From Candidatus Daviesbacteria bacterium RIFCSPLOWO2_01_FULL_39_23 (GTDB lineage: Bacteria; Patescibacteriota; Microgenomatia; Daviesbacterales; UBA10151), in NCBI GenBank assembly GCA_001776935.1, contig MFDN01000001.1:229449-293448 (forward strand): a stretch of DNA of 64,000 nucleotides. Direction: 5' to 3'. Under the pieces are notes generated by a model, which made no database searches, had not been told where the DNA came from, and saw only the letters and a list, made by a program, of their open reading frames with translations. The translations under genes and the position numbers were made by a program. This document shows positions 29,962 to 38,470 of the stretch, one piece after another; positions within the stretch are counted from its first letter, which is position 1; every line of letters starts with the position of its first letter.

Positions 29962-30653
29962 TGAATGTCTACGAGGAAACTTTTAAGAAGTTTGGTTTTT
30001 CCCTAACGCAGCAGGAAATTTTAAGACTAGTGGGGGAGGGCAAAGCAGTTTTGGAGATTGGGGCATCCGCAGGCTATATGAGCAGGGCCTTTTTAAAAGC
30101 AGGATGCATACTTGACGTGGTGGAAAGGGATCAAAAAGCATCAGAAAAACTGCCAAAGGGGATTAGAAAAATATTTAACGAATCAATTGAAAACAAAACT
30201 GTTTTTACAAAGTTGGGAAAGTACGATTTTATAATCATGGCAGATGTTTTGGAGCATCTGGTTAATCCCTGTGAGGTTTTACAAAAGCTTTTGAAAACTG
30301 CATCTGCAAATACTGTACTTTTAATTTCATTGCCGAATGTTGCCTGCTGGGCTATGCGGAAGCAGTTGTTTTTTAATGGGGATTTCACCTATCAGGATAG
30401 CGGGCTTTTAGATAAGACCCATCTGCATTTTTATACTGTTAACAGCCTGCCTGAAATTTTAACAAAAAACGGCTGGAAGGCGCAGGAGATAAAGGGGACA
30501 ATCACCCGTTTGCCTTTTGAGGGGCTTATATCAAAAATTCCTGTCTTTGGGTTTATTTTTAAAAAGGTTTTTTATCAAAGACTGGTTAATGCTTTTAAGA
30601 ATTTATCTTATTATCATTTTCTGGTTGCTGCAATACCTAATGAAAAAAATTAA
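29961..30653 (+). CDS. Class I SAM-dependent methyltransferase
   Basis: VLEIGASAG, DVLEHLVNP, SLPNV, GLLDKTHLHF. Confidence 0.9.
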   Translation: MNVYEETFKKFGFSLTQQEILRLVGEGKAVLEIGASAGYMSRAFLKAGCILDVVERDQKASEKLPKGIRKIFNESIENKTVFTKLGKYDFIIMADVLEHLVNPCEVLQKLLKTASANTVLLISLPNVACWAMRKQLFFNGDFTYQDSGLLDKTHLHFYTVNSLPEILTKNGWKAQEIKGTITRLPFEGLISKIPVFGFIFKKVFYQRLVNAFKNLSYYHFLVAAIPNEKN

Positions 30654-31647
30654 AGTATCGGTTATTATCCCAAACTGGAACGGAAAAGAGCTACTCAAGG
30701 ATTGCCTTGAATCTTTGCAGAGTCAAAGCTTTGAGGACTTTGAAATAATTTTAGTGGACAATAACTCTGAGGATGAGAGTTTGAAGTTTGTTGAAGGTAG
30801 TTTTCCAAAGGTCAGGGTGTTAAGGCTTGATAAAAACTACGGGTTTGCAAAAGCTATCAATGAGGGAGTCAGGGTGTCGGAAGCGCAGTATGTTGTATTT
30901 TTAAACAATGATACGGTTGCAGAGAGGGATTGGATAAAAAGTTTAGTGGAGTGTGCGGATTTTCATCCCGAAGTAATTTCCGTAAATTCCAAGTTATTAA
31001 ACTTTAATAATAAGAAAGAAATTGACGGAGTGGGGATTTTGATAAATGAGGTGGGGCAGGCAAGATCTGTCGGCTGGCAGGAAGAAGATAAGGGCCAGTT
31101 TGATCCGCCAGCTGGCGGAGAGCTGTATATTTTTGGTGCAACAGGAGGCGCATCGCTTTTTAGGAAGGAAGATTTTATAAAAGTGGGAATGTTTGATGAG
31201 CATTATTTTATGTACTCTGAGGAAGTGGATTTTGCTTTCAGGGCGCAGTTTTTAGGGTATAAATCTATATTTTGCCCAGAGGCTGTTGTATTTCATAAAC
31301 ATAAGGCAACATCCGGGAAATTTCCGGATAAAGTTGAGTATTGGCAGTTTAGGAATATGACCCAAACAATCATTAAGGATTTCCCCGCTCCCCTTTTGTT
31401 TAAAAATTGGCGTATTTTAAAGATTATTTTGGTGCACCTGAATACTGTTTTCTATCAAATCAAAAACGGATATTTTTGGCCGCCTTTTTTTGCTTTGGGA
31501 TGGAATATTTTACATCTGCCGCATCTTTTGGCGGAAAGAAGAAAAATCCAAAAAAATATTAAAGTCAGCAATGATTATATTGAGAGTTTTTTACAGGAGA
31601 AAAAAATCACTTTCTGGGGCTTGCGCAAAGAAGTATCAGGAAGATAA
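30640..31647 (+). CDS. GT2 family glycosyltransferase
   Basis: VSVIIPNWNG, VDNNSED, FLNND, FFMYSEEVD-like motif. Confidence 0.92.
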   Translation: MKKIKVSVIIPNWNGKELLKDCLESLQSQSFEDFEIILVDNNSEDESLKFVEGSFPKVRVLRLDKNYGFAKAINEGVRVSEAQYVVFLNNDTVAERDWIKSLVECADFHPEVISVNSKLLNFNNKKEIDGVGILINEVGQARSVGWQEEDKGQFDPPAGGELYIFGATGGASLFRKEDFIKVGMFDEHYFMYSEEVDFAFRAQFLGYKSIFCPEAVVFHKHKATSGKFPDKVEYWQFRNMTQTIIKDFPAPLLFKNWRILKIILVHLNTVFYQIKNGYFWPPFFALGWNILHLPHLLAERRKIQKNIKVSNDYIESFLQEKKITFWGLRKEVSGR

Positions 31648-32758
31648 AAATTGCAGGATAAAAAAGCGAATTTGCAAATACCGAATGAACCAAAAGTCCT
31701 AAAACTAATGCAAACATAATAATGCGGTAGGTTTCATTGCCTTTTACAAGAATGAGGAGGAAATAAAGATAGGAAAGCAATCCGATTATGCCGGTTGTGG
31801 ATGCAACATATAAAAGCGAGGAATCATTGCTTGAGGATCCGCGGCTTTGCAAAAATTGTTCGTCACCTAAGTTGTATTGTATTAATGCATATCTGTAAGC
31901 GTTAAATCCAACCCCTAAGACAGGGTTTTTTTCAAATATCTGCAGGCCCTGCTGCCAGGTGTTTATGCGGAAAGAGGCGGATTGTCCCCTGTCTATATTG
32001 CGGGGTTTGGAAACCATCTGAGTATATATTTGAAACCCTAAAATAAGTATTAGAAAAAGCAGTATTATTTTAAGAGCCAGTATTTTTGATTTTTTCAAAA
32101 AAGACAAACTTAGGCCGCTAGTTAAAAACATTAAATAGCTTGAGCGGGAGAAGGTGGTTAAAAGGGCAAGAAAAGTTACTGCAAATATCAGGTAAAAAAT
32201 TTTAGGGTTTTTAAAAGGTTGAAAATATAGGATCAAGATTATTGTTAAGACAAAAAAAGCTCCGGCAAAGTTCGGGTCAAAGAAAGTGGAAACTGTCCGG
32301 AAATAATGCGGATCCCAGCCGAATTGGGCCATAAAATTCAGATTGGGTAAAAACAAAAGCTGTAAAAGACCTAGTGCGGCAAGGCCTGCACCGGAGGAGA
32401 CCAGGATCAGGTGAATTTTTTCCGCAACTTTGGGGAATGCGCCTGAATAGATAACCCAGCCCAGAAAAATATAGGAAGAAAATCTTAGGGTGTACGAGAA
32501 AGCGTTTAGTTTTTGCATGGGAGTCAGAAAAAGGGGTGTAAGCAGTAAAGATATTGTGGCAAAGAGGATGAAAATAAAAGCAGAAATTACAAAAAGAGGA
32601 GGGCGTTTCAGTTTGAATTTAAGTTTTAGAAGGCCCAGGCTTCCGGTTAATATAACAATAATATCAAGCATGGTTAGCGCGCCCTGCGAAAAAAGCGGCA
32701 CCCTGATTAATTGACCGGAAATTATTGCTAGTGTTAATATCAGACTGGCTAAATTCAT
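31607..32758 (-). CDS. O-antigen ligase/Wzy-like membrane protein
   Basis: RTVSTFFDPN, TFSRSSY, NPVLGVG, multiple TM helices. Confidence 0.85.
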   Translation of the reverse strand: MNLASLILTLAIISGQLIRVPLFSQGALTMLDIIVILTGSLGLLKLKFKLKRPPLFVISAFIFILFATISLLLTPLFLTPMQKLNAFSYTLRFSSYIFLGWVIYSGAFPKVAEKIHLILVSSGAGLAALGLLQLLFLPNLNFMAQFGWDPHYFRTVSTFFDPNFAGAFFVLTIILILYFQPFKNPKIFYLIFAVTFLALLTTFSRSSYLMFLTSGLSLSFLKKSKILALKIILLFLILILGFQIYTQMVSKPRNIDRGQSASFRINTWQQGLQIFEKNPVLGVGFNAYRYALIQYNLGDEQFLQSRGSSSNDSSLLYVASTTGIIGLLSYLYFLLILVKGNETYRIIMFALVLGLLVHSVFANSLFYPAIFIFLILLCASPRK

Positions 32759-32760
32759 TG

Positions 32761-33822
32761 ATGAAATTATATTCTAGTATAACCTACATATTTATTATAT
32801 GGATAGTATCTTTGCTGGTTATTTTTTATTTAAGTTTTTATTCACTCCCCCATTCTGGAAAATTTCCTGACGATTTTTTTAGAAGTTTTGCAAACTGGGA
32901 CGGCGGACATTTTTTAGGGATTGCCGAAGTGGGGTACAGCCAAAAGTTCCAGTATGCTTTTTTTCCGTTCTATCCCTTGTTTGTAAGGATGCTTTCCCAA
33001 ATTACAGGAAATTATTTATTATCGGCAATTTTGATAAGTACCGTATCAACATTTTTTGGCCTGCAGATTTTATACAGACTTATTATTGAAACTTTTGACA
33101 AAAAGATCGGGGAGAAAACGGTTTTAGCTTTTTTATTTTTTCCCACCTCGTTTTTTTTGCTTACTGCATATTCGGAAGGGCTATTTTTCTTTTTAACGGT
33201 TTCGGCTTTTTATTTTTATCGGAAAAATCTTTTGTTTTGGGCGGTAGTGGCTGCATCACTTGCATCTGCCACCAGGCTGGTGGGACTGGCGATTGTTTTG
33301 GGGCTTTGGGTGGATATTTTGGGGCGGCAGGGGATAAACCGGAGAAACTTTTATATTTTATTTGCCCCTTTGGGGTTTATTATTTATTGCGTTTATTTAT
33401 ACTTTCAAACAGGGGATTTTTTCTATTTTTTAACCGCCCAAACCCACTGGCAAAGGACACTGACTGCTCCGGTTTTGGGATTTTGGGAAACTATCAGGCA
33501 GATTTCTGTTGGCGGATTTACAGGTGTTAGTATAAATATTTTTCTTGATTTGATTTTTGCAGTTTTTGGAGTGGGGATGGCAATTAGGGCTTTTCGGTTT
33601 TTGCCCTCAATTTTTGCAATTTACACATTTGCTGCGGTTTTAATACCGCTTTTTACTCCGACATTATCTTCTATCCCAAGATTTCTGCTGATGATTTTTC
33701 CCATATTTATTTTAGTTGCCTTAATTAAAAACCGCTATTTGGCTTTAGGGTACCAGGTGATTTCCCTTCTGCTGCTTGCCTATTTTAGCACGCTTTTTAT
33801 AACCGGCTTTTGGGTTTCTTAG
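32761..33822 (+). CDS. GT-C mannosyltransferase (PIG-V-like)
   Basis: NWDGGHFL, AFFPFYP, FFPTSFF...YSEGLF, TRLVG. Confidence 0.85.
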   Translation: MKLYSSITYIFIIWIVSLLVIFYLSFYSLPHSGKFPDDFFRSFANWDGGHFLGIAEVGYSQKFQYAFFPFYPLFVRMLSQITGNYLLSAILISTVSTFFGLQILYRLIIETFDKKIGEKTVLAFLFFPTSFFLLTAYSEGLFFFLTVSAFYFYRKNLLFWAVVAASLASATRLVGLAIVLGLWVDILGRQGINRRNFYILFAPLGFIIYCVYLYFQTGDFFYFLTAQTHWQRTLTAPVLGFWETIRQISVGGFTGVSINIFLDLIFAVFGVGMAIRAFRFLPSIFAIYTFAAVLIPLFTPTLSSIPRFLLMIFPIFILVALIKNRYLALGYQVISLLLLAYFSTLFITGFWVS

Positions 33823-34592
33823 GAAGACGGCGAAGGACTGGGAGAAGGCGAAGGGGAGGGGGGAGGCGCATAATTTACCAGTCTTTGAATTTCAATGGAA
33901 TTTGCGGCTGTATCAACTGCTTTTATGGTGAGTGTGTTGTCGCCGTCGTTTAAGGAAAAATCCGTTGCAAAATTTCCGTCTTTATCAACTATTGTTTGGG
34001 AATCATTTATAAAAACTTTTGCACCCGGATCGGTTTTGCCCGCAACTTTTACTTTTTTGTCGCCGCCTTCTATTTTTTTATTGTCTTCCGGTTCAGAAAG
34101 GCTGAGTGTGGGTTTTTCATTATCGTAGGTTATTTTGATGGTTTTAGAAGGGAGGCTTTCTTTGCCTGCCTCATCCAAAGTTGTGCCGAAGATATTATTT
34201 ATTCCCAAAGAAAGAGAAACTTTTTCAAAAGTGAAGGATCCGTCACTTCCCACTTCTGCGGTTTGCTTTTCTTCATCATCTATATAAAGTTTGACCTTCG
34301 TACCAGGAGTGCCAAAACCTTTAATGTCTATGGGGGAGCTTAAGGTTGCCTCAAAAGGGATATTTAAAACAGGAGGGGCGCCTTCTGCATTTTCAAAAGA
34401 CTTTACAGGGGCTTTCTGGGAGGGATTTGTGATATTCTTTACAAAACCAATTCCGTTTACAAAAGAGGGTAGGATCCAGGTGATTGTGGAATAGCCCAAA
34501 ACAAGGGTGATTATTAAAGTGATTATAAAATTTCTTTTGCTCTTTTTTGCCAGCCTTTTAACTGATCTTCTGGAATGATAGCTGTTTGCCAT
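33819..34592 (-). CDS. Membrane-anchored protein with two bacterial Ig-like domains and a PS-repeat tail (host gene)
   Basis: Own ATG at 34592 (MANSYHSRRS), TM helix, DGSFTF / DGNF..SLNDGDNTLTIKAVD Ig motifs; in frame with the upstream integrase. Confidence 0.8.
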   Translation of the reverse strand: MANSYHSRRSVKRLAKKSKRNFIITLIITLVLGYSTITWILPSFVNGIGFVKNITNPSQKAPVKSFENAEGAPPVLNIPFEATLSSPIDIKGFGTPGTKVKLYIDDEEKQTAEVGSDGSFTFEKVSLSLGINNIFGTTLDEAGKESLPSKTIKITYDNEKPTLSLSEPEDNKKIEGGDKKVKVAGKTDPGAKVFINDSQTIVDKDGNFATDFSLNDGDNTLTIKAVDTAANSIEIQRLVNYAPPPSPSPSPSPSPSS

Positions 34593-36308
34593 ACCCACCA
34601 AGTATACCAAAATCTGGTAAAATGTGTGGGAATATGCGGGGTTAGTACACCGGTAGTATGCTACCTTCCCCCGCCTGCCAAAGCTATGCGGTGGTAGTTC
34701 AGTGGTAGAATGTCTCCTTCCCAAGGAGAAGGTCGGGGGTTCGAGTCCCCTCCACCGCTCCAGACCGTAATGAAATTCTGAAACGGCTTGATTAGATCGA
34801 TTTGACAAGCCGTTTTGAGGTTCGAGCGGGCCTTTTTTACCATTTACTGCATTTTCAACCTTCTTCAAAAAGATAAATGCGTTTTTGGCGTCAATACACA
34901 CTAATCTATCTTTTAGATAGAGGTCCGAGCCAAGAATACGAAGTACCATCCTTTTTGTTTCAATATCACCATTTTCAAAGATTACACTAACATTTGACGC
35001 AAATCCTAAAACCTCTTCCATTACCTCACTCCAGGCAGAAACGCTGTCAGTTGCTATAGTTTTTTGCAATTGTTTTTCTTCCTCAAGAAGCCTGCTTTTT
35101 TCTTTCTGGTAATCCTCCTCACTAACCATACCCTCGATTTTCATCCCATAAAGGTTTTTCTTTTCCAGCAGAATAGCGTCAAGACGTTTCGTTAATTTAC
35201 CCTTTTGCTGTCTTTCGAATTCGAACTCTTTCTCGTTTCTTCTTCTGAGGTTATCTTTTACCCATTCTACAAACGAATGTTTTATTTCAATATTCTGGAC
35301 AAACTCCCGCACCTGCTTCTCAACTTCAATGCCATTAAGGTAAGGTTGGCTGCATGGCCCTTTTTTCTTAGTACAGCGCGCATAAACAAAGGTCTGGGAT
35401 TTGCCTGTAGTTTTATAATGCTTTGTTTTTCTCTCTGCAGTAATAGAAGCGCCACATTCCCCACACTTAAGAATTTTCATGAAATAGAAATCATTATGGT
35501 TTACTATCACTCTTTTTCTGCCATCGATTATATCTTGAACAACTCTGTACTGGTCAAGGGTAATCATTGGCTTATGCCTGCCCTCGTACCTTTCACTATG
35601 GTAATCAAACAAACCTGTATAAAAAATATTCCGGAAGAATCGGAACGCCTCAGTCAAACTTACCGGCCTACCTTGTCTTCTTTTACTTCGTAGTCCTAAA
35701 GCTGTGATTTTCTCCAGAGAGCTGGCAACTGTCTCATCTCCGATAAGCATAAGATCCCACCACTTCCGACAAAGTTCAAATCTGTCAGGATCAGGCATAA
35801 TGTCTTTTGACCCTTTAGGTTTATATTTATCATTCAAATAGCCCAAAGGAGCCTCACCAGGCATCCATCCCATCTGAATTTTAGAATTCATGCCTCTTTT
35901 AACATTATCAGAGAGGTCTTTACTAAACTTGGTGGCCATTCCAAACTCTATAAAAAGGAAAGTGGAGTTATTGCGGTCATAGTCCATAGTCGGAGTAACA
36001 ATAAGCATGCCATTATAGTCAACGTGGTCAATAAGAGTGCCTCCCTCTTTTGCGTTACGGCAGAGCCTGTCAGCTTTCCAGCAGAGGATATTGTCAGCTT
36101 CACCATTGGCAATGCGGGCAAGCATCGCTTTAAACTCCGGTCTCTTATCGGGTCGTTTGGCAGATTTACTTTCTTTATAAATGCCTACAACAACAAGACC
36201 CTTGTCTGCTGCAAGCTCGCGGCAAATTCTTTCCTGATCATCCAGGGAGAGAATCTGCCTGTCTTTATCCTCTGAAGATTTCCTACAGTATATAAAACAT
36301 CTTTTCAT
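33819..36308 (-). CDS. Large serine recombinase (integrase); ORF reads through the tRNA into the host Ig-domain gene
   Basis: YCRKSSEDKDRQ..S catalytic motif, DRLCRN, recombinase domain, CGECG..C..C zinc ribbon, coiled coil; AAAGGAG RBS before ATG 36308; first in-frame stop is at 33819. Confidence 0.9.
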   Translation of the reverse strand: MKRCFIYCRKSSEDKDRQILSLDDQERICRELAADKGLVVVGIYKESKSAKRPDKRPEFKAMLARIANGEADNILCWKADRLCRNAKEGGTLIDHVDYNGMLIVTPTMDYDRNNSTFLFIEFGMATKFSKDLSDNVKRGMNSKIQMGWMPGEAPLGYLNDKYKPKGSKDIMPDPDRFELCRKWWDLMLIGDETVASSLEKITALGLRSKRRQGRPVSLTEAFRFFRNIFYTGLFDYHSERYEGRHKPMITLDQYRVVQDIIDGRKRVIVNHNDFYFMKILKCGECGASITAERKTKHYKTTGKSQTFVYARCTKKKGPCSQPYLNGIEVEKQVREFVQNIEIKHSFVEWVKDNLRRRNEKEFEFERQQKGKLTKRLDAILLEKKNLYGMKIEGMVSEEDYQKEKSRLLEEEKQLQKTIATDSVSAWSEVMEEVLGFASNVSVIFENGDIETKRMVLRILGSDLYLKDRLVCIDAKNAFIFLKKVENAVNGKKGPLEPQNGLSNRSNQAVSEFHYGLERWRGLEPPTFSLGRRHSTTELPPHSFGRRGKVAYYRCTNPAYSHTFYQILVYLVGMANSYHSRRSVKRLAKKSKRNFIITLIITLVLGYSTITWILPSFVNGIGFVKNITNPSQKAPVKSFENAEGAPPVLNIPFEATLSSPIDIKGFGTPGTKVKLYIDDEEKQTAEVGSDGSFTFEKVSLSLGINNIFGTTLDEAGKESLPSKTIKITYDNEKPTLSLSEPEDNKKIEGGDKKVKVAGKTDPGAKVFINDSQTIVDKDGNFATDFSLNDGDNTLTIKAVDTAANSIEIQRLVNYAPPPSPSPSPSPSPSS
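34688..34762 (+). tRNA. tRNA-Gly (CCC), probable integration target
   Basis: Acceptor GCGGTGG/CCACCGC, anticodon arm TCTCC-TTCCCAA-GGAGA, GGTTCGAGTCC, encoded CCA. Confidence 0.96.
34781..34816 (+). terminator. Inverted repeat after tRNA-Gly (terminator or att-site arm)
   Basis: AAACGGCTTG...CAAGCCGTTT perfect 10-bp inverted repeat. Confidence 0.45.
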
Positions 36309-36330
36309 GAACTCCTTTCGTAACTGATAA

Positions 36331-36570
36331 CTACAGCTTGTCGTTGATGTTAGCTCGATTTTCCCTGTAAACAAGAGTCTTATCTATAACAATGTCGACC
36401 AAAAGCAATAAAGCTGTGGCTTGCTCAAAAGCCTGAGCATCGGTTAGTTCGATACCATACTCCTTGCGGGTAAGTTCCTTAAACTTATCCAGTTCCTCAC
36501 GAGTAACCAAAGAATTAGCCGGTAGTTCTTTATTTTCCTCTTCTGGAGATTTTGGGTTATTATTTTCCAT
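36331..36570 (-). CDS. Small hypothetical protein upstream of the integrase (candidate recombination directionality factor)
   Basis: 79-aa ORF co-oriented with the integrase and preceded by the duplicated promoter. Confidence 0.7.
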   Translation of the reverse strand: MENNNPKSPEEENKELPANSLVTREELDKFKELTRKEYGIELTDAQAFEQATALLLLVDIVIDKTLVYRENRANINDKL

Positions 36571-36650
36571 TCCTGTACTTCAAGGTACAGAAATGGTTGA
36601 TTTATCTCAATAAACTTTCTGTTCGAATATGTTTACTTCTGTAAACAATG
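36571..36650 (-). promoter_or_regulatory. Promoter/operator copy 1 (integrase operon)
   Basis: TTGAGA-17-TACCTT; AAAGTTTATTGAGATAAAT is identical to 38423-38441. Confidence 0.75.
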
Positions 36651-36727
36651 TATGATTTGTGTAATTTTCAGGCACAAAGCGAAACACGCCGTTTGACAAA
36701 TTTGGGTGATTTTGATAAAGTATAGAT

Positions 36728-36824
36728 ACCGAATGATCCCTGTAGTGAAAGTACCTTATCATTAGGGAGCGAATGTCGGCACTGGCAACAGATGACCGTC
36801 TTGGCTACAGGGGTCGATTTTTTT
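36728..36824 (+). ncRNA. Candidate DUF3800-associated structured RNA
   Basis: TTGACA(36693)-17-TAAAGT promoter; closing stem GATCCCTGTAG/CTACAGGGGTC; internal hairpins; T7 tract; convergent with the DUF3800 stop. Confidence 0.65.
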
Positions 36825-36833
36825 GGGAAAATT

Positions 36834-37460
36834 TCAGTAAGGCTTCCAGAGATCTTCTTCCCTTTTCTTGATAATTTTGTAGTAGGTGTCATCACTACGG
36901 TTGTATTTGCGATAAATCGCTCCGCAGACCATGTCGGCAAGTTGTAAAAGATTATTCCCTTTTGAATCCCGGTGTTTAATTTCTCCGATGAGTTTTTCCA
37001 TGTCTGTATTTAAGCGTCTTCTTAAATATTTGTTAAAATCCTGAACAAAAGACTTGGTTATATGATCTACAAAAACTGACGCATTCTTGATGTGGCTTTG
37101 TGCTCTAAGAAACAGTTGGTCTGCAACGAGCATATATAAACTATCAATAGGATTAGACTCTCGCTTCATGAGTATTTTTTTGTCAATTACTACGGCCCGA
37201 TAGTGAAAGTCCTGGCGGGAAAGCTTTCGCAGAAAGGTTGCTTTTGCCTTATTATTTGTCCCGGTACTAAATTTAAATTCAAGCGACTCAGATCTTTTGA
37301 GTTCCTTACGTACTTCCTTAACTGCCTCGTTAGCTTTTTCAGCTGCCTCTAGACTATCAAAAGTCACCATGACCAGCACGAAATATTGGCTTGATACTTT
37401 ATCAAATTTAAATCCGGTATCACCGGACTCATCCATAAAAATAAGCATAGCTACTGGCAT
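36834..37460 (-). CDS. DUF3800 family protein
   Basis: N-terminal IFMDESGD and C-terminal DSK..LLQLADMVCG motifs. Confidence 0.88.
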   Translation of the reverse strand: MPVAMLIFMDESGDTGFKFDKVSSQYFVLVMVTFDSLEAAEKANEAVKEVRKELKRSESLEFKFSTGTNNKAKATFLRKLSRQDFHYRAVVIDKKILMKRESNPIDSLYMLVADQLFLRAQSHIKNASVFVDHITKSFVQDFNKYLRRRLNTDMEKLIGEIKHRDSKGNNLLQLADMVCGAIYRKYNRSDDTYYKIIKKREEDLWKPY

Positions 37461-37903
37461 AGGATCTCCCGATAAAAAAATTTTGCGTGAAATCGCACAA
37501 CCTCCTCGTCTACACAGAAATAATTAGAAAGATTTTTGATTGATAGGTGCTTAACCTGATTGAATATTGCGTGAGGAATCAATAATTCTGTAGCAAAACA
37601 CTGTGCCTCAATTTCCTGTTTAAATTTTTTAAACTGGTCGCTTTCCTCAAAATACATATGATTTCCTCTATGCAGAAAATGATGTCCGAGTGCATGAGCA
37701 ATTAACTCACGCTTTTTTCTAGGGGTTGCGCTTTGAAGAATACCAATACTATCACCCACATACATTTCCTTGACCCGGCCTTGAAATACCCATTCATCAA
37801 GGGTTAAATATTCATTATCAATAATTTTATATAAATCTATTGGGGCAGTGGACAAATTATACTTTCGTACAATTTGCCTAGCCCTTTTCCGGGCGTTTTT
37901 CAT
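37451..37903 (-). CDS. ImmA/IrrE family metallopeptidase-like protein
   Basis: RELIAHALGHHFLH and EIEAQCFATELLIP; the HEXXH motif reads HALGH. Confidence 0.85.
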   Translation of the reverse strand: MKNARKRARQIVRKYNLSTAPIDLYKIIDNEYLTLDEWVFQGRVKEMYVGDSIGILQSATPRKKRELIAHALGHHFLHRGNHMYFEESDQFKKFKQEIEAQCFATELLIPHAIFNQVKHLSIKNLSNYFCVDEEVVRFHAKFFYREILCQ

Positions 37904-38330
37904 GATTCTTAGTCCGTCTGGACTTTACAAAATCTATATACTCCATTACTGATTGGATTTCAGAGTCTGTCATATTGTCAACCTCTTTCAGCATCAATGT
38001 AAGGGTCGTATCCTGCTTCAACTTATCAACTTGCTTTTCCCAGTATCCTACTTTTTGCAGCAATGACTCATAAGGGATTTTATAAGCAAAGGCAAGGGCT
38101 TTTAATTTAAAAGGGGAAGGTTGGGAATGTTTACCTGTTTCCAGATTAGAAATATAACCTCGTGAGAGTGAACACTGTGAATCAATCTCTTTGTTTTCAA
38201 TGGCAGTTCTAACTAACTCCACAACATCTTTTAGAGTGTAGTCTCTTATCTGGCGAATATAGCTTACATACTCGCCAATTGTCTCAAAATCATCAGGACT
38301 TTTTAGCAATGGTTTTTGTCTTCTCTTCAT
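37878..38330 (-). CDS. XRE-family repressor (ImmR/CI-like)
   Basis: HTH LSRGYISNLETGKHSQPS; divergent from the Cro-like gene. Confidence 0.88.
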   Translation of the reverse strand: MKRRQKPLLKSPDDFETIGEYVSYIRQIRDYTLKDVVELVRTAIENKEIDSQCSLSRGYISNLETGKHSQPSPFKLKALAFAYKIPYESLLQKVGYWEKQVDKLKQDTTLTLMLKEVDNMTDSEIQSVMEYIDFVKSRRTKNHEKRPEKG

Positions 38331-38390
38331 ACTACTACAATAGATAGTAAGATAATTCTTACATTTCTTATTTTTACATACTATAATGAT

Positions 38391-38470
38391 AATTGTCAAC
38401 AGAAATGAACATAAACAACCATAAAGTTTATTGAGATAAATTACCAGAGTCTGTAATTTAAGTATTATAA
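38391..38470 (+). promoter_or_regulatory. Promoter/operator copy 2 (early operon)
   Basis: TTGAGA-17-TAATTT; homologous to 36571-36650. Confidence 0.75.

Noticed and set aside
36309-36374. 851-aa ORF start at TTG 36374
   Set aside because: It overlaps the 79-aa gene; the RBS and serine-recombinase N-terminus point to ATG 36308.
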